This document shows positions 1-12,278 of a stretch of DNA of 64,000 bases, piece after piece; the first letter of the stretch is position 1; the number at the start of each line of letters is the position of its first letter. The position numbers and the translations under genes are program-made. The DNA is from Vicugna vicugna (taxonomy: Eukaryota). The stretch is from positions 1,748,419 to 1,812,418 of the forward strand of contig MU058198.1 in assembly GCA_013265495.1 (NCBI GenBank), given 5' to 3'. The notes below the pieces were generated by a model. That model made no database searches, was not told the origin of the DNA, and saw nothing but the letters and a program-made list of their open reading frames with translations.

Positions 1-241
1 GATATGGCTCAGGATATTATCAATAGCTCTTGAGAAGGAATTGATGGTCTTTGTCTTATGACTAAACTGTTACTATTTTGTCTTGCTGAACTGTTATTTC
101 TTTGCTTCTGTCTTTTCTCACTTCTCTGATTAAATCTGCTTAGAACTCAGAGAAGGCCTAGGAGGCCATAGCTTTTCCATAGACAAGAGGTGGGGGCCTA
201 AGTGGGGGCAGGAATCTGTCACCGGGTCCTGCTTGGTTTCA
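1..241. mobile_element. Partial LTR (MER21-like end)
   Basis: Ends in ggtcctgcttggtttca, which resembles the termini of MER21-type LTRs. Family assignment is from memory. Confidence 0.45.
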
Positions 242-593
242 TGGTAATGGTTATACAACTCTAAATTTAGTAGTGATCATTGAATTGTACACTTAAAATG
301 GGTGAATTTCATGGTATGCAAATTGTACCTCAATCCAGTGCTTTAAAAAATAGACCTCCCCGGTGAAGTAGACCTAGTTCTAAATTGTTTTGAAATTATT
401 TTCTTCATTCTGTTTCTAGATGACCAATGTTATATTCATGACTTGTTAATGGACATTAAAAAATGTGCCTCAAAACACTCAAGATGAACACAGCAGTCCT
501 CAATATTCAATGTCATGGTCATTCTAGAAAGAAAAGGTCTGAAGGTCAGTGCTGGGAACCTTCCTGGCTGCCTTCCATGGAGGGAGGCTGGAA

Positions 594-637
594 TGAGCTT
601 TGCCCTGGGGTGTGGTTCTTCCTTGTCACTGATTAAC
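594..637 (+). promoter_or_regulatory. ANKS4B proximal promoter: HNF4-type DR1 (594-606) and HNF1 site (625-637)
   Basis: The reverse complement of 594-606 is AGGGCAAAGCTCA (HNF4 DR1-like). The reverse complement of 625-637 is GTTAATCAGTGAC (HNF1 consensus GTTAATNATTAAC). Both lie 85-130 nt upstream of the ATG. ANKS4B is a known HNF4A/HNF1A target. Confidence 0.75.
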
Positions 638-720
638 CAGGTGTGTAGAAAGGCTGCTTCACTGACATCCTGCTCTGCCTGGAGACTGATATCTGGCCAA
701 GCTTTGGTGAGAAGCAAAAA

Positions 721-884
721 ATGTCCACCCGTTACCACCAAGCTGCTAGTGATAGCTATCTGGAACTTCTGAAAGAGGCTACGAAGAGAGATCTGAATCT
801 TTCTGATGAAGATGGCATGACTCCCACACTCCTGGCAGCCTACCATGGGAACTTGGAAGCCCTAGAAATAATCTGCTGCAGAGG
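721..884 (+). CDS. ANKS4B: ANKS4B coding exon 1
   Basis: ATG at 721; donor GG|gtaagt at 885. Not shown in the ORF track. Confidence 0.96.
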
Positions 885-3800
885 GTAAGTTCAGTCTGAT
901 GGTTTTGATTGGAAACTGCGTTCGGTAGGATTTTACAGACAGCAGCAAGAGGCAGCGAATTACTTAAAAATTTTTGATCTCTTCCCAGTCTGTGTAAATG
1001 ATTGTCTTATTAGAGAAAAGGAGAAAACTGCCCAGAGATGCTCTCTTTCCACACTGAGAACCAGCACCTGGGGAGTGATCCCGTATAAGCCACATGCACT
1101 GAGATTCTGCACTCTAAGGCTCTACTATTTGCCTTGGAGGGGGCAGATATTTTAATTCTATGCCTTTAAAAATCTTTTCCATGACATGTAAATGCATGAC
1201 TCTTTAAAAAGAGATCATTGCTCTATTTCATTTTAAGATGTCAACTTTGAAACAAATAATGCGTTTTTATTTTTTCATCTACGCCATTAAATCTCACAGC
1301 CTTTTTAAAAAAAAGTACTCAATCCTAGTGCAAGCTCATGATTCTTAGATGAAATTGCTGGCTTTACAAACTATTAAAGGGACCTTCAACCTGTCTTAAT
1401 TTCATTACCTCTCAGACTGTTAGATACATACATGCACACATACTCCCCCTGCAAATTCTACCAGAAATTAGCTAGCTCTTGTCCTCTGTTTGTTACTGGA
1501 GGGGCTCGGCCGTGTTGGCAACTATCACCCAAGAAGGGTAAAGAAAGAAAAAAAGAAAATGTTAAGTAAAGGAGGCAAGTGAATTTATTTCAATCCAATA
1601 CATATTTATGTATGCATATTTATACTTATATGTATTTATACCTATCTGCAATGTGCCAGCCATTTTGCTAGCCACTGGGGATGTTGTGTAATTGATAAGA
1701 AAGATATGGTTCCTGTCCTCATGATGATTAGATTTGAGAGAGGTAGACAAATGTCACATATGATAGGTGTTACAAAGAGGGAGAGAGGGGGCACTAAATA
1801 AATAACACAGATATCTGTCCCAATCTAGGTAGCGAGGGAAGGCTTTCCTCAGCATTTAAGCTGAGTGTTGAAAGGTGAGAAGGAGTTGGCCAGATCAAGT
1901 GGAAGAAACAGTGTTTCCCCCAGGTGAGAGCACTGCATGCTAGGCTCTGAAGAGGTCGAGGACGGCTGGATGTGGCTTGACTGGAAAGAAGCCAAGTTGT
2001 AAGAGATAAGACTGGATCACAAGCGCCTTGTAAACTCTGTTAAGGAATTGACCTTCATCCTAAAGGCAGGGGAAGCCACTCTCATGGGTTTGTGCCTGGA
2101 AGCCACCTGGTAGGTTTTTGTTCACGAAATTTGCTCAGGCAGTCGTCCAGTGGTCAGAGAAGATGTTCGGGGCCGTTGTCATGGTTGAGATGACGGACAA
2201 ACTGGACTAGGATAGTGGCAGTGGGAATGGAGAGATGTAGATGCATCTAAGTGGCGATTCGGACGTGGACTTGATTATGATTCACTGGTTGTTGGGGTGG
2301 GTGGATAGAGGAGGAGGAGGATCAAGGCTCCGGGTTTGGGCTTCGACAGCTCGTGGATGTTGGCACTCTTTACTGAAGCGGGGAGTGGGGGGGCTCTTTA
2401 GAAGGACCAAATGTGGTGAGAGTTTCTGAGCTGAACACTGAATGAGGAAGTGAGGGAAGATGATGTTCTCCATTCTTTTTGTCTGATTTGACTTCTGTTT
2501 CCCAGACACCACCTCTAGGCTCACCCCCATCAGTCAGCCTTCTCCAGATTGTGACACTGTATCACCTCTCCTCTTCTGTCTTCACCTACTCAGAGTGTGC
2601 CACCTCTGCATAAGGGGCAAGATAGTTCACAGCCAAAGTCAGCCCTTCTTCCCTTTGGGGTTCAATTTAAATGGAAATGCCTAGATGTTCTGTTTCTCTC
2701 TCTCCCCTTTGTACGCTTGAAACTTTTTTTTAAGTGCATAGACTATTTGTTTATTTCTTTTTTTTCCCTTTTCAGTTTTCCTAGGTAGGATTATTACAGT
2801 TCGACTGCACATATACATTATATTGCATGTAAATACATTTATACAATACACTGCACATTTTTTTTAGTTTATATATATGTACTGATCATTGTTCCTGAAA
2901 CTTTTTTTTATCCTAATTATTCTACTGGTCTTTATTTATCACAAAAGTAACATAATTGAGCCCAGAAAATTAAATTATATATATATATACACAAATTATA
3001 AAGGAAAAAATGTCCTTTTAATGCCATGCTGTTAACATTTATTGGTTTATACATTTTGTATACATACTGTGTATTAATATATATGCATATGTGTATATAT
3101 AGTGTGTATAAATAAATATATAAAAGTATATGAAATACTATATTAAGTACACATTTTTTGTGGTATGCTTTCTTTTTTTATACTCCTCAGTACATCATGG
3201 ACATTTTTTCCATGTCAGTATATATTCTTTTCTAATATATATATTTTTATTTTAAACACTAAAAAATTTTTTTTTATTCTTTTCTAATTTAATTTTCGGG
3301 GACTTCTTAGCATTCTAGTTAATAAAAATATTCTTAAAATAAAATACTTCTTACTATTCTACTTAAAAATACATTTCTTAGTTAATGTCTCCTTTGGACA
3401 ATTTGTTTCCCATAATTTAAACAGTGTTGTGATAATCATCCTTGTACATAAATCTTTGCTCACAGTTTCTTCAGAATAGATTCTCCAAAGTGAAATTTCT
3501 GAATCAGTTTGCATGTGCACAATTTAAACTTTTTTGTGTGTGTTTATTGACAAATCACCCTTCAGAAAGTGAGTACCCATTTTTTCAATATTATAGGTCC
3601 AAAATGATATATCAGTGTGCCTTTAATGTTCTTTCCTTTGATTACTGGTGAGTTTGAATTTTTTTTTCTGTTTAGTGGCCATGATATTTCCACTTTTGTG
3701 AGCTGTGTATTTATAACCTTGTCCCACTTTTATACTGGGGTCTTCAACATTTCTCATTGATTTATTAAGAAGCGCTTTTTAAAGTTAGACTATCAGCCTT

Positions 3801-6800
3801 TTGTCATTATATTTACAAGTATTTTCACAATACATAATTCGTATTTTTAAAAACAAATATTTAATATAAGTAAAAATATAAATATATGTACGTTTATATC
3901 TTTATATACTTAAGTCTGTTGATTTTACCATATAATTCCAACTTTAAGGTTATACCTAAATATTGACAGATATTTTCTTCAGTACTTTTTTATGTTTTTA
4001 AGAAATTTTAAATACTTAATTGATATATCATTTATTTGATCTAAGATTTGAGGTTATGATTTAACTGTACCTTCTCCAAGTGGTTAGTCATTTGTTTCTA
4101 AATAATTTGTTGTGTAGTCCACCCTTTTCCCATTTCCTTGACATGTATGATTTCATCTTAATTTATTTAATCAGTTGCTTGTTCATGACATTTAATTTGA
4201 ATCCCGTCTATGTATAAGTTGGAATGAATATCTTTGATCATTCATCTCTGCACAAGGGTCTGACATTTCCTCAGGATAAATTCCTTAAGGAAGAATTGTT
4301 GATTCAAGAGGGTGCCATATGTTAAAGGATTTTGGCAACATATTCTGCCAGGAAATTTGAAACACTTATGCTCCCTCCAGCATTGTTCATTTCCTCACAC
4401 TTGTGCCAAAATTGATTATTCTTTCTAATCATTGCCTATCTGATAGGCAAATAAGTGGTGGTGTATTGTGTTTATTTGCACTTGTTTGATTACCAGTGAG
4501 CCTCAATATTCCTTCTTATGTAGAAAAACATTTTTGAAAGAATGATTTTTTTTCCCTGAGAACAACTCCTCCCCCAAAATCAAATCAACTTCAAAAGGAG
4601 AAATTGAAATTGAATAAATGTTCAAATTTAATATAAGCAAATTGTCTGTTTTGTAACAATAATAACAATCCAGTTTTAAAAATGATTGCCCAAGTGTACT
4701 AATCTACCCAAAAGCAAGGACAAAATATGATTATGTAAACATCTTTTCTTTGAGTTTCTCTTTTGGGAAAAAAAAAGGGATAGGAAAAAATCAGATTAAA
4801 ATTTTATAGATTTAGTCCAAGGAAACATTATAAAATCAGTATTGGACTCTGATTATCAAATGTGGGGGACTAGTTTGTGAATATCTGGACAGGTATGTGT
4901 AATGATTCTATCAAGAAATGTGAAGAACATTAAGTCTCAAAAGACAGAGATTGAGTTTTGTTGTTTTTTTTAACATTTTTTATTGATTTATAATCATTTT
5001 ACAATGTTGTGTCAAATTCCAGTATTCAGCACAATTTTTCAGTCATTCATGGACATATACACACTCATTGTCACATTTTTTTTTTTTGATTTATCATAAC
5101 ATTTTGTGTATATTTCCCTGTGCTATACAGTGTAATCTTGTTTATCTATTCTACAATTTTGAAATCCCAGTCTATCCCTTCCCACCCTCTACCCCCCTGG
5201 TAACCACAAGTCTGTATTCTCTGTCCATGAGTCTATTTCTGTCCTGTATTTATGCTTTGTTTTTGTTTGTTTGTTTGTTTTTGTTTTTTAGATTCCACAT
5301 ATGAGCGATCTCATATGGTATTTTTCTTTCTCTTTCTGGCTTACTTCACTTAGAATGACATTCTCCAGGAGCATCCATGTTGCTGCAAATGGCATTACGT
5401 TGTCGGTTTTTATGGCTGAGTAGTATTCCATTGTATAAATATACCACATCTTCTTTATCCAGTCACCTGTTGATGGACATTTAGGCTGTTTCCATGTTTT
5501 GGCTATTGTAAATAGTGCTGCTATGAACATTGGAGTGCAGGTGTCATCCTGAAGTAGATTTCCTTCTGGATACAAGCCCAGGAGTGGGATTCCTGGGTCA
5601 TATGGTAAGTCTAAGGCTCAAAAGACAGAGATTGAGTTTTGAAGGACCCCCCAGCTTGTCGCCAGAAAAAGTTTTGATTTAAGTTGTACGTTAATTTGGA
5701 AAGTTGTCTATAAAGAGAATTTTTAAAGGTGGAAATATCTTAAATGCACTGGGGAAACTCGCAAATCAGCTTACTGACAGTTTCATCTGTAAATTTGGAA
5801 TTTTGCATTTGAAATTTTCTTAAGAACAATCTTTGGGGTCATGTCAGATTTTCTTCATGTTTTTCTTCCCATCTTGAAAGGATAACTTAAGATCCCTTGG
5901 GATGGGAAAATTCTACTATTCCAAGGCCTGAAGCATGTAGATTTAACCCGAACTCCTTAATACACACTAACATCCTCACCACAGCTCCCTCGTTTCAATA
6001 ATTTCTTTTTTAACGTATCCAATTTAATTTCAGGCAAATTTAATCAGTATGTTTTTGTTCATGTTTATAGTAAGATCTCAGATGTTTTACAATCCTCCTT
6101 TGATGTCTTTTGAATGTGGTGTTTGGTTAAAATAAACAGTGAAACTCCATCTTTGGGGGTGAGATACTGTACTCCCCTAAGATACGTAACTGTGTTAAGG
6201 TTGAAAGAAGATTTCCTTTGATCCAAGATAATTAAATCAGGCAGACTAACCAGAGCCCTCCTAAAAGTGGCTGCCCGACAGAACTGTTATTTAATCTCTG
6301 CTTTCAATTTTCTTTTCTTTCCTTCCTCTTTAAATTTATTTGCCTTGCTATCACCTCTATGTATGGGTCACACTAGTCACACGGGAGTATACTCCTGGTT
6401 CCCCAAATATGAAAATGTCACCCACATGTGCATCTGCTTCCACTATTCTCTCTGCTCAGAAGGAAGTTGCCAACCGCCAGCTTATGGGCTGGATCTAGCC
6501 CACAAATATATTTTATTTGGACTTCATCGTATTTTTCTCTTAAATTTGAGCCAACATTTAACGATTAGAAAGTTTCACATGAAATTCTGGATTTCTGGCT
6601 TAGTTTGGAAGATGAAAGCTCTGGCAATATTGTGTCTGCTTTTATTCAAGGTAGCAATCAGCCACAGCTGAGTGACAACTATTCTTTTAGATGGAGCTTG
6701 CCTTTAACTATGACTTTGTTGAAAGAACAAATCTGGCCCCATTCAGTTACTTACATTACTGTTACCGACCAGGACTCTTGGACTCAATCAATAGAAATTG

Positions 6801-9800
6801 ATGAGGCTAGATGAAAAATTCAGGCAAGTCCCTTTATTGGGACGTGTGCTGCACACAAGGGAAGGAAAACAAGTAACAATTTCCCTTGCTCACTCCCTAA
6901 GTAGGGGCAAGCTGGTCCCTTAAGTAGGGTGAGGGTAGGGGTGGATCCATGGGTCAGACTGCAGGGGTGGCTTAGGTGGCTGACCCACCCCCTTGGTGGT
7001 GCTGTGTGCAGAGATCATGCACAGTACCCAGCTTTTGCTCCTGACACCTCAGAAGTGGCAGTTGGAGTTTTGGTCTTTTTGTATCTTATTGTTCATAATT
7101 TGCCCCAACTGTTTATGTACACAGTTATTTTTAGTCCTTTATAGTTTCTTTGTATTCTGTTGCTCAAGGAGAGGTCTGCCAAGGTCCCAGACTGTCTCAA
7201 TACCTGCTTGACTTCTTTAGGCTGAGTTTAAGACATCTGCTAGGTTATATGGATGCAAAGGACAAAAGACACAGGTTTTGCCCTCTGCAGCATATTATGT
7301 ATTTAGGGGGTGGGCAAGTCATATTTGAAGAATTAAGTAAGACTAAGTTTTAGAAAGTCACAAGAGCTATTGTACTGCTGCAGGAATTTACTAGACTGGT
7401 GTGAGAAAAAAATAAATATATGAAATTAAGGACTTTGAGTTTAGAGACAAGGGAAATAACAGGTAAAGTTTATTGAATATTCACTGTGTACTTTTCTAAT
7501 GCTTTATGAATGTTGAATACATAGATACCTTGTCTTCTGTTTCCACCTGTTACTTTCCAGGAATGTTAAAAGGTCTTCTCAGACTCTCTCTCCTGCCATT
7601 CCATGGGACCAGCCTGGCAAAAGTTTACTGAGATCCTAATTTAGGGGTCTAGACTAGGACAAGGAAAGGTGCCCTTTAGCACCTGTATTATCAGAGTTCT
7701 CAGCAGTGGCTTGGGGTCACAGCCATAGTTAACAAGAAGTTGTTACTTTACTTTTTATTTGTGCTTGTTTTTAACTCAAGGCGTCATAGGAGAAGGGCAG
7801 GGGTGGGGAGTGTGCCCTGGGGCAGGATTCCAGTAGGCGGTCATTCATCCCACATATCTTTTTTACCTACCAGGTACCTGATTCTGTGTCAGGCATGGGA
7901 TCCCTGGCCACAATACCTGCAATTCAACCTGAAACCACTGCATAACCATTCCCATATAAAACACTGTAATTACGTGGAAGTAAATGGAGGAATCAATGGA
8001 CCTTTTTTATGAGTTTAGTTGTATTAGACTGTTTTCTTCTTATCCAACATCCATTCCTCTCTTCTTCCTTGCATGGGGAATGAGTTTTGTTCTGTTATTT
8101 ATTTCCCTACATGTGACTCAGAGGAGGGTAGCAGTGGTGTGCTGGAACTGTAAGTGAGCAAGTGGTCTTGTTGCCCCGCTGCGCAATTGGAAGACCAAGG
8201 CGATAGTCTTTTGCAGAGAGAACAGGCTTTATTGCAGTGCAGCAACGTGGAGGAGGCACTGTTCAGATCTGTCTCCCTGATTGGCTTTTGAATGGGCATT
8301 TATCTGGGAAGTGGGGAGCAAGAAGGGGAGGGGGCTCGGAAATGATTGGTGGAAAGTGTCAGTTTCAGTGTAAGTTTCAAGAGTTCTCTGAGCAGTCCTT
8401 CATGCCTCTTCATGCATTGCATGTGCAATTTTGGGGATGGGGGCTCCAGTATGTAACATGAGGTGGATTTTCAGTCTGACACCCAAAATATACTATCAGC
8501 CATTTTTGTCTCTGAATGTACCTGTGTGATGGCTCATGCTCAGTCAGAGGGGCTGTCAGCCAGTTATGTCTTTATCTGTGGTTTCCCTTACATTCTGCAA
8601 AACAGGCTTGGTGTTCTCCATGTTATCATTTTTGTTTCTATCTTGTTTCAACTTCATGAGCTTTTGAGGTGCCGAGTATGTTTTCAGAACCAGCTCTTAC
8701 CAGCTCACAAGAGATGAGTGCTAAATTTTCAGGAAGTTCAAATCAGATAAACACATACATTATTAAAAACCAAATTATATAAACTTACAATTTAATAAAT
8801 TATATTAAAAAGGAAATACTCAAAACTCATCATTTTCTAGTCATATTTTATTCAAACCATATTCAAACCATATTTTATGGTTTTCTTTGCTCTTAAGATT
8901 ACACACATCTATTATATAGCTATGTGATGGGAATAATTTATAATCATGAGCTACTGCACATCTCTTCCAAATTCTGCATCCAGTAATATCACATTAGTAG
9001 CTTGAAATGTGCTGTGGTGAGTGTATTTACACCACAGCAATCGGCACATGCTATAAATCAGAACTTGATTTATTTTTCCCTTCTGGGTAGGCTGGTTGTT
9101 AAACATTTACCAGCACACCATGGGGTAATCCTATCCCTAGCTTCAGGGGAAATTTCTGATTGACCTCAAATAAACAAGGTAGCTCTGTTTCCCTTTCCAT
9201 TGGCACATGACCCAATTCTGGACAATGAGAGATGAAATTTGCTCATTTGGGGAGTTTCTTGGAAAGCTTTTCTTGCTTCTAAAAAGGAGATGGGGGTAGA
9301 GATACGGGTTTCTGTTTCTGGCTGTGTGATGTCTGGATGTGACATATTGGGATGTTCAGAAGTTATCTTGTGACAATGTCAGGGCAGGATTAACATGCAT
9401 TTTGGGGTTCTTTGGGGGGGAGGTAATTAGGTTTGTTTGTTTGTTTGTTTGTTTGTTTGTTTATTTATTAACAGAGGTACTGGGGGTTGAACCCAGGACC
9501 TCGTGTGTGTTAAGCACACCCTCTACTGCTGAGCTATACCCTCCCCAACATGTGTTTTAAAAAAATTTTTTTTTGGATGTCATGCCCAGAGAAAACCATT
9601 TGCATGTGTTTTTCTTATTTTCTTTTCTAGAGGGGATCCTGATAAATGTGACATCTGGGGAAATACTCCTTTACATTATGCAGCCTCCAATGGTCATGCC
9701 CACTGCGTCTCATTCTTGGTCAACTTTGGTGCCAACATCTTTGCCCTGGACAATGACTTACGGTCTCCACTGGATGCCGCTGCCAGCAGAGAGCAGAGTG

Positions 9801-10720
9801 AATGTGTCGCCCTCTTGGATAAGGCTGCCACTGCCCAAAACATCATGAACCCCAAGAAGGTCACCAGGCTGAAGGAGCAGGCTCAGAAGAATGCCAGGAG
9901 GCAGATCAAAGAGTGTGAGAGGCTCCAGGAGAAGCACCAAAATAAGATGGCTCGCACCTACAGCAAGGAAGAATCTGGTACCCCTTCTTCTTCCAAGGGC
10001 AGTTTCTCCGGGCCATCCCTTTCAAATGCTTCTGCTTCCAACAAATTCGGGTCACTATCTAAAGGCATTAAAGACACCTTCAAGATAAAGTTCAAGAAGA
10101 ACAAAGATACAGCAGAGCAGGTAGGGAAGGAGAGCAGAAATGGGCAAAGGAATGTGATGGAAGTGTTCAGAGAGGAGGAGGAGGAGGAGGAGGAGGAAGA
10201 TGCATTCTCAGGGGACTTCAAAGAGAAGCTCCAGTTCTCAGCCAAGGAGGACAGCTCTGTGCAACACGAATCCATTCTCAACCGTCCAGGTTTAGGAAAT
10301 GTTGTTTTTAGAAGGAAGAGAATATTGAGCCCTGAAGAAATCTTAGACGGAAAGAGGGAGTTGGGGTTTAAAATACCCAGTGAATGGCTTCAGAGACAAG
10401 AAGCAGCTGAGGCTGGTGAAGAGGGAGAAGAAAACAACCATGAAGATGATCTGCCTTGGGATGAGGATGAAGTGGAGTGGGAGGAAGACGTGGTTGATGC
10501 TACTCCCCTGGAAGTGTTCTTACACTCCCACCACCTGGAAGAATTCCTTCCTATTTTCATGAGAGAGCAGATTGATCTGGAAGCTCTGTTGCTTTGCTCT
10601 GATGAGGACCTTCAGAACATACAAATGCAGCTGGGTCCCAGGAAGAAAGTTCTTAATGCCGTAAACAGAAGGAAGCAGGTGCTACAACAGCCTGGGCAGT
10701 TGGTTGACACCAGCCTCTGA
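721..10720 (+). CDS. ANKS4B: ANKS4B (ankyrin repeat and SAM domain-containing protein 4B, HARP), 2 coding exons: 721-884 and 9631-10720, 417 aa
   Basis: The spliced translation starts [77 protein letters not shown] (ankyrin repeats). It ends in a SAM domain ([36 protein letters not shown]) and the PDZ-binding motif DTSL*. GT-AG phase-2 intron; 164+1090=1254 nt. Confidence 0.97.
4961..5611 (-). mobile_element. Young 5'-truncated L1 (ORF2 C-terminus, 3'UTR and polyA) with a long TSD
   Basis: ORF 5288..5575 encodes the L1 ORF2p end ([20 protein letters not shown]...MEYYSAIK). T-rich tail at 4961; flanking direct repeats at 4931-4960 and 5612-5641. Confidence 0.92.
6760..7199 (-). mobile_element. 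Solo LTR (ERV1-like)
   Basis: TG...CA termini (tgttacc...ctgtctca), minus-strand AATAAA near 6833, near-TSD ttac/atac. Confidence 0.65.
8132..9122. mobile_element. MER63-like hAT DNA transposon fossil (interrupted by an LTR)
   Basis: Terminal inverted repeats cagtggtgtgctgg and ccagcacaccatg. Confidence 0.7.
8149..8686 (-). mobile_element. Solo LTR (ERV1-like) inserted in a hAT element
   Basis: TG...CA termini with a perfect 4-bp TSD GAAC (8145-8148 and 8687-8690). Confidence 0.8.
9404..9546 (-). mobile_element. tRNA-derived SINE (camelid Vic-1-like)
   Basis: Reverse complement reads ggggagggtatagctcagcagtagag...ggttcaacc (A and B boxes). (TTTG)n tail; degenerate TSD aacatgcatttt/aacatgtgtttt. 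Confidence 0.85.
9631..10720 (+). CDS. ANKS4B: ANKS4B coding exon 2
   Basis: Acceptor tttcttttctag| ends at 9630. Same frame as ORF 9716..10720; TGA at 10718-10720. Confidence 0.97.
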
Positions 10721-11317
10721 TGGAGTGTCGGGGCATCAGTGTGAGTCTGCAGCAGTCGGGGGATGCTGTGGCCCACTGGAAGCATTCCAGGCAACACCCA
10801 ATCTCTACCCAATACCAGACGACTAGGTTTCTAGGCTTTTGGAGATGTCCACCTAAGAAAAGAGGCCCAAACGCTATCCTGAAAAATACTCTATACCTGT
10901 CCAAATAGATCGTCAGGGAGAAACTCAAGGAGATCTGCAAATAAGAAAATGGCATTTCTTTTCAATTATCCTTTCTATTTTTAAATATAGAACTGGATGA
11001 CAGAGAAGGGAAAATATTTTCTTTACTTTCCTAACATTGGACTTAAAATTTATAATCTCTCATCACACTAGCTTCTGCTTAACTTCTGATCCTCATAGCC
11101 TAGGGATTCTAACTCCAGCTCTGTCCTTAGCTCTATGGCTTTGTCGGTTAGTGGAGACTAAAGTCCCTCCGTTGACTTGTGGCTTGATGCCCAATTTAAG
11201 TGTGTCTAACCCTTCAACAGATGTTTACATGTTTACAAGTAATAGAAATGGGTCTAAGGACAGAGACAGGATGGAAGGTAGGGCAAGAGAAGGAAAAAAA
11301 TAGAATGTATGGGACCT

Positions 11318-11660
11318 TTTATGGACTGAATTTTTGTCCCTCCAAAATACATATGTGGAAACCCTGACCTCCCCACCAGTGTGACTGTGTTAAGGTTAAA
11401 TGAGGTGAGGCCCTAATTCCAAATAACCATTGTCTTTTTAAGAGGTAGAGACACCCGGGATGGACATGCACAGAGACTAGACCATGTGAAGACACAGCAA
11501 GAAGGCAGTCATCTGTAAGCCAAGGAGGGAAGCCTCAGGAGAAACCAAACCTTCCATCACCTTGAGCTTAGACTTCCAGCCTCCAGAGCTGTAAGAAAAT
11601 AAATTTCTGTTGTTGAAACCAGTCTGTGATATTTTAGCAGCTTTAGCAGACTAATATAGT
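11318..11660 (+). mobile_element. MLT1-type MaLR LTR in the probable ANKS4B 3'UTR
   Basis: ttatggactgaat...ccctccaaaa...gacttccagcctccaga...aataaatttctgttg...gcagactaata is typical of MLT1. Confidence 0.75.
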
Positions 11661-12212
11661 GCTTAAACGAGAGAGTGGGGGAGGAGAGAAAGAAGGATAC
11701 AGAAAAGAAGTCTGTATGATTTTTAGAATCACTAGATGATTTTTCTAAGGACAAGTGTCTCCTGAAACTTAAAAAAAAGGGAAACTAAATCTAGGTTCTT
11801 GGTAAGGAGAATTCAGTTGTAAAAGTAAGTTTTACATTGCTAAGCTCATTATGGACATGTCTTTTGTTTACTGTTATCTATCATTTCTGCATATATGAAT
11901 ATGCATAGGTTCTACAATATAAGTGGGCAACACTGCTGCTGACGTTATTTGAATGGCAAATCCCAAACTCAAATTGAAACCCTACTTGAATAGCTAAGCT
12001 TCATTGGATTTTTTTTTTTTTAGCCAGACTTACATTAAGTGGAATTTACCATTGATTATGTGTGTAATATTGAAACAGATTCAGCATGCTTCCTGATTCA
12101 CATCTGTTTGGGTTACTTCAAGAGGCACCATGGAGGATACAGATGCTTAGATCTGACAAACAACTGGCACATTCTTCCTCAATGAATGGATAGAAAAGGT
12201 TGTCAGTTATTG

Positions 12213-12278
12213 AATAAATATGTGATATCAGGGGATGATTATGTTTCCAAGTATCACATTTCCTTGTTCTGAAATAAA
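12213..12278 (+). terminator. Candidate ANKS4B polyadenylation signals (AATAAA at 12213 and 12273)
   Basis: Two AATAAA hexamers about 1.5 kb after the stop codon, in non-repeat sequence. Usage is inferred only. Confidence 0.4.

Noticed and set aside
436..846. 136-aa minus-strand ORF and 85-aa plus-strand ORF over the ANKS4B promoter/exon 1
   Set aside because: Shadow frames of the real exon, with no recognisable protein.
5288..5575. 95-aa ORF (and similar ORFs at 23240, 48427, 49934, 51361)
   Set aside because: Fragments of L1 ORF2, not host genes. No full-length active L1 is present.
9958..10281. Ser-rich antisense ORF
   Set aside because: Reverse-strand shadow of the ANKS4B Glu-rich coding sequence.
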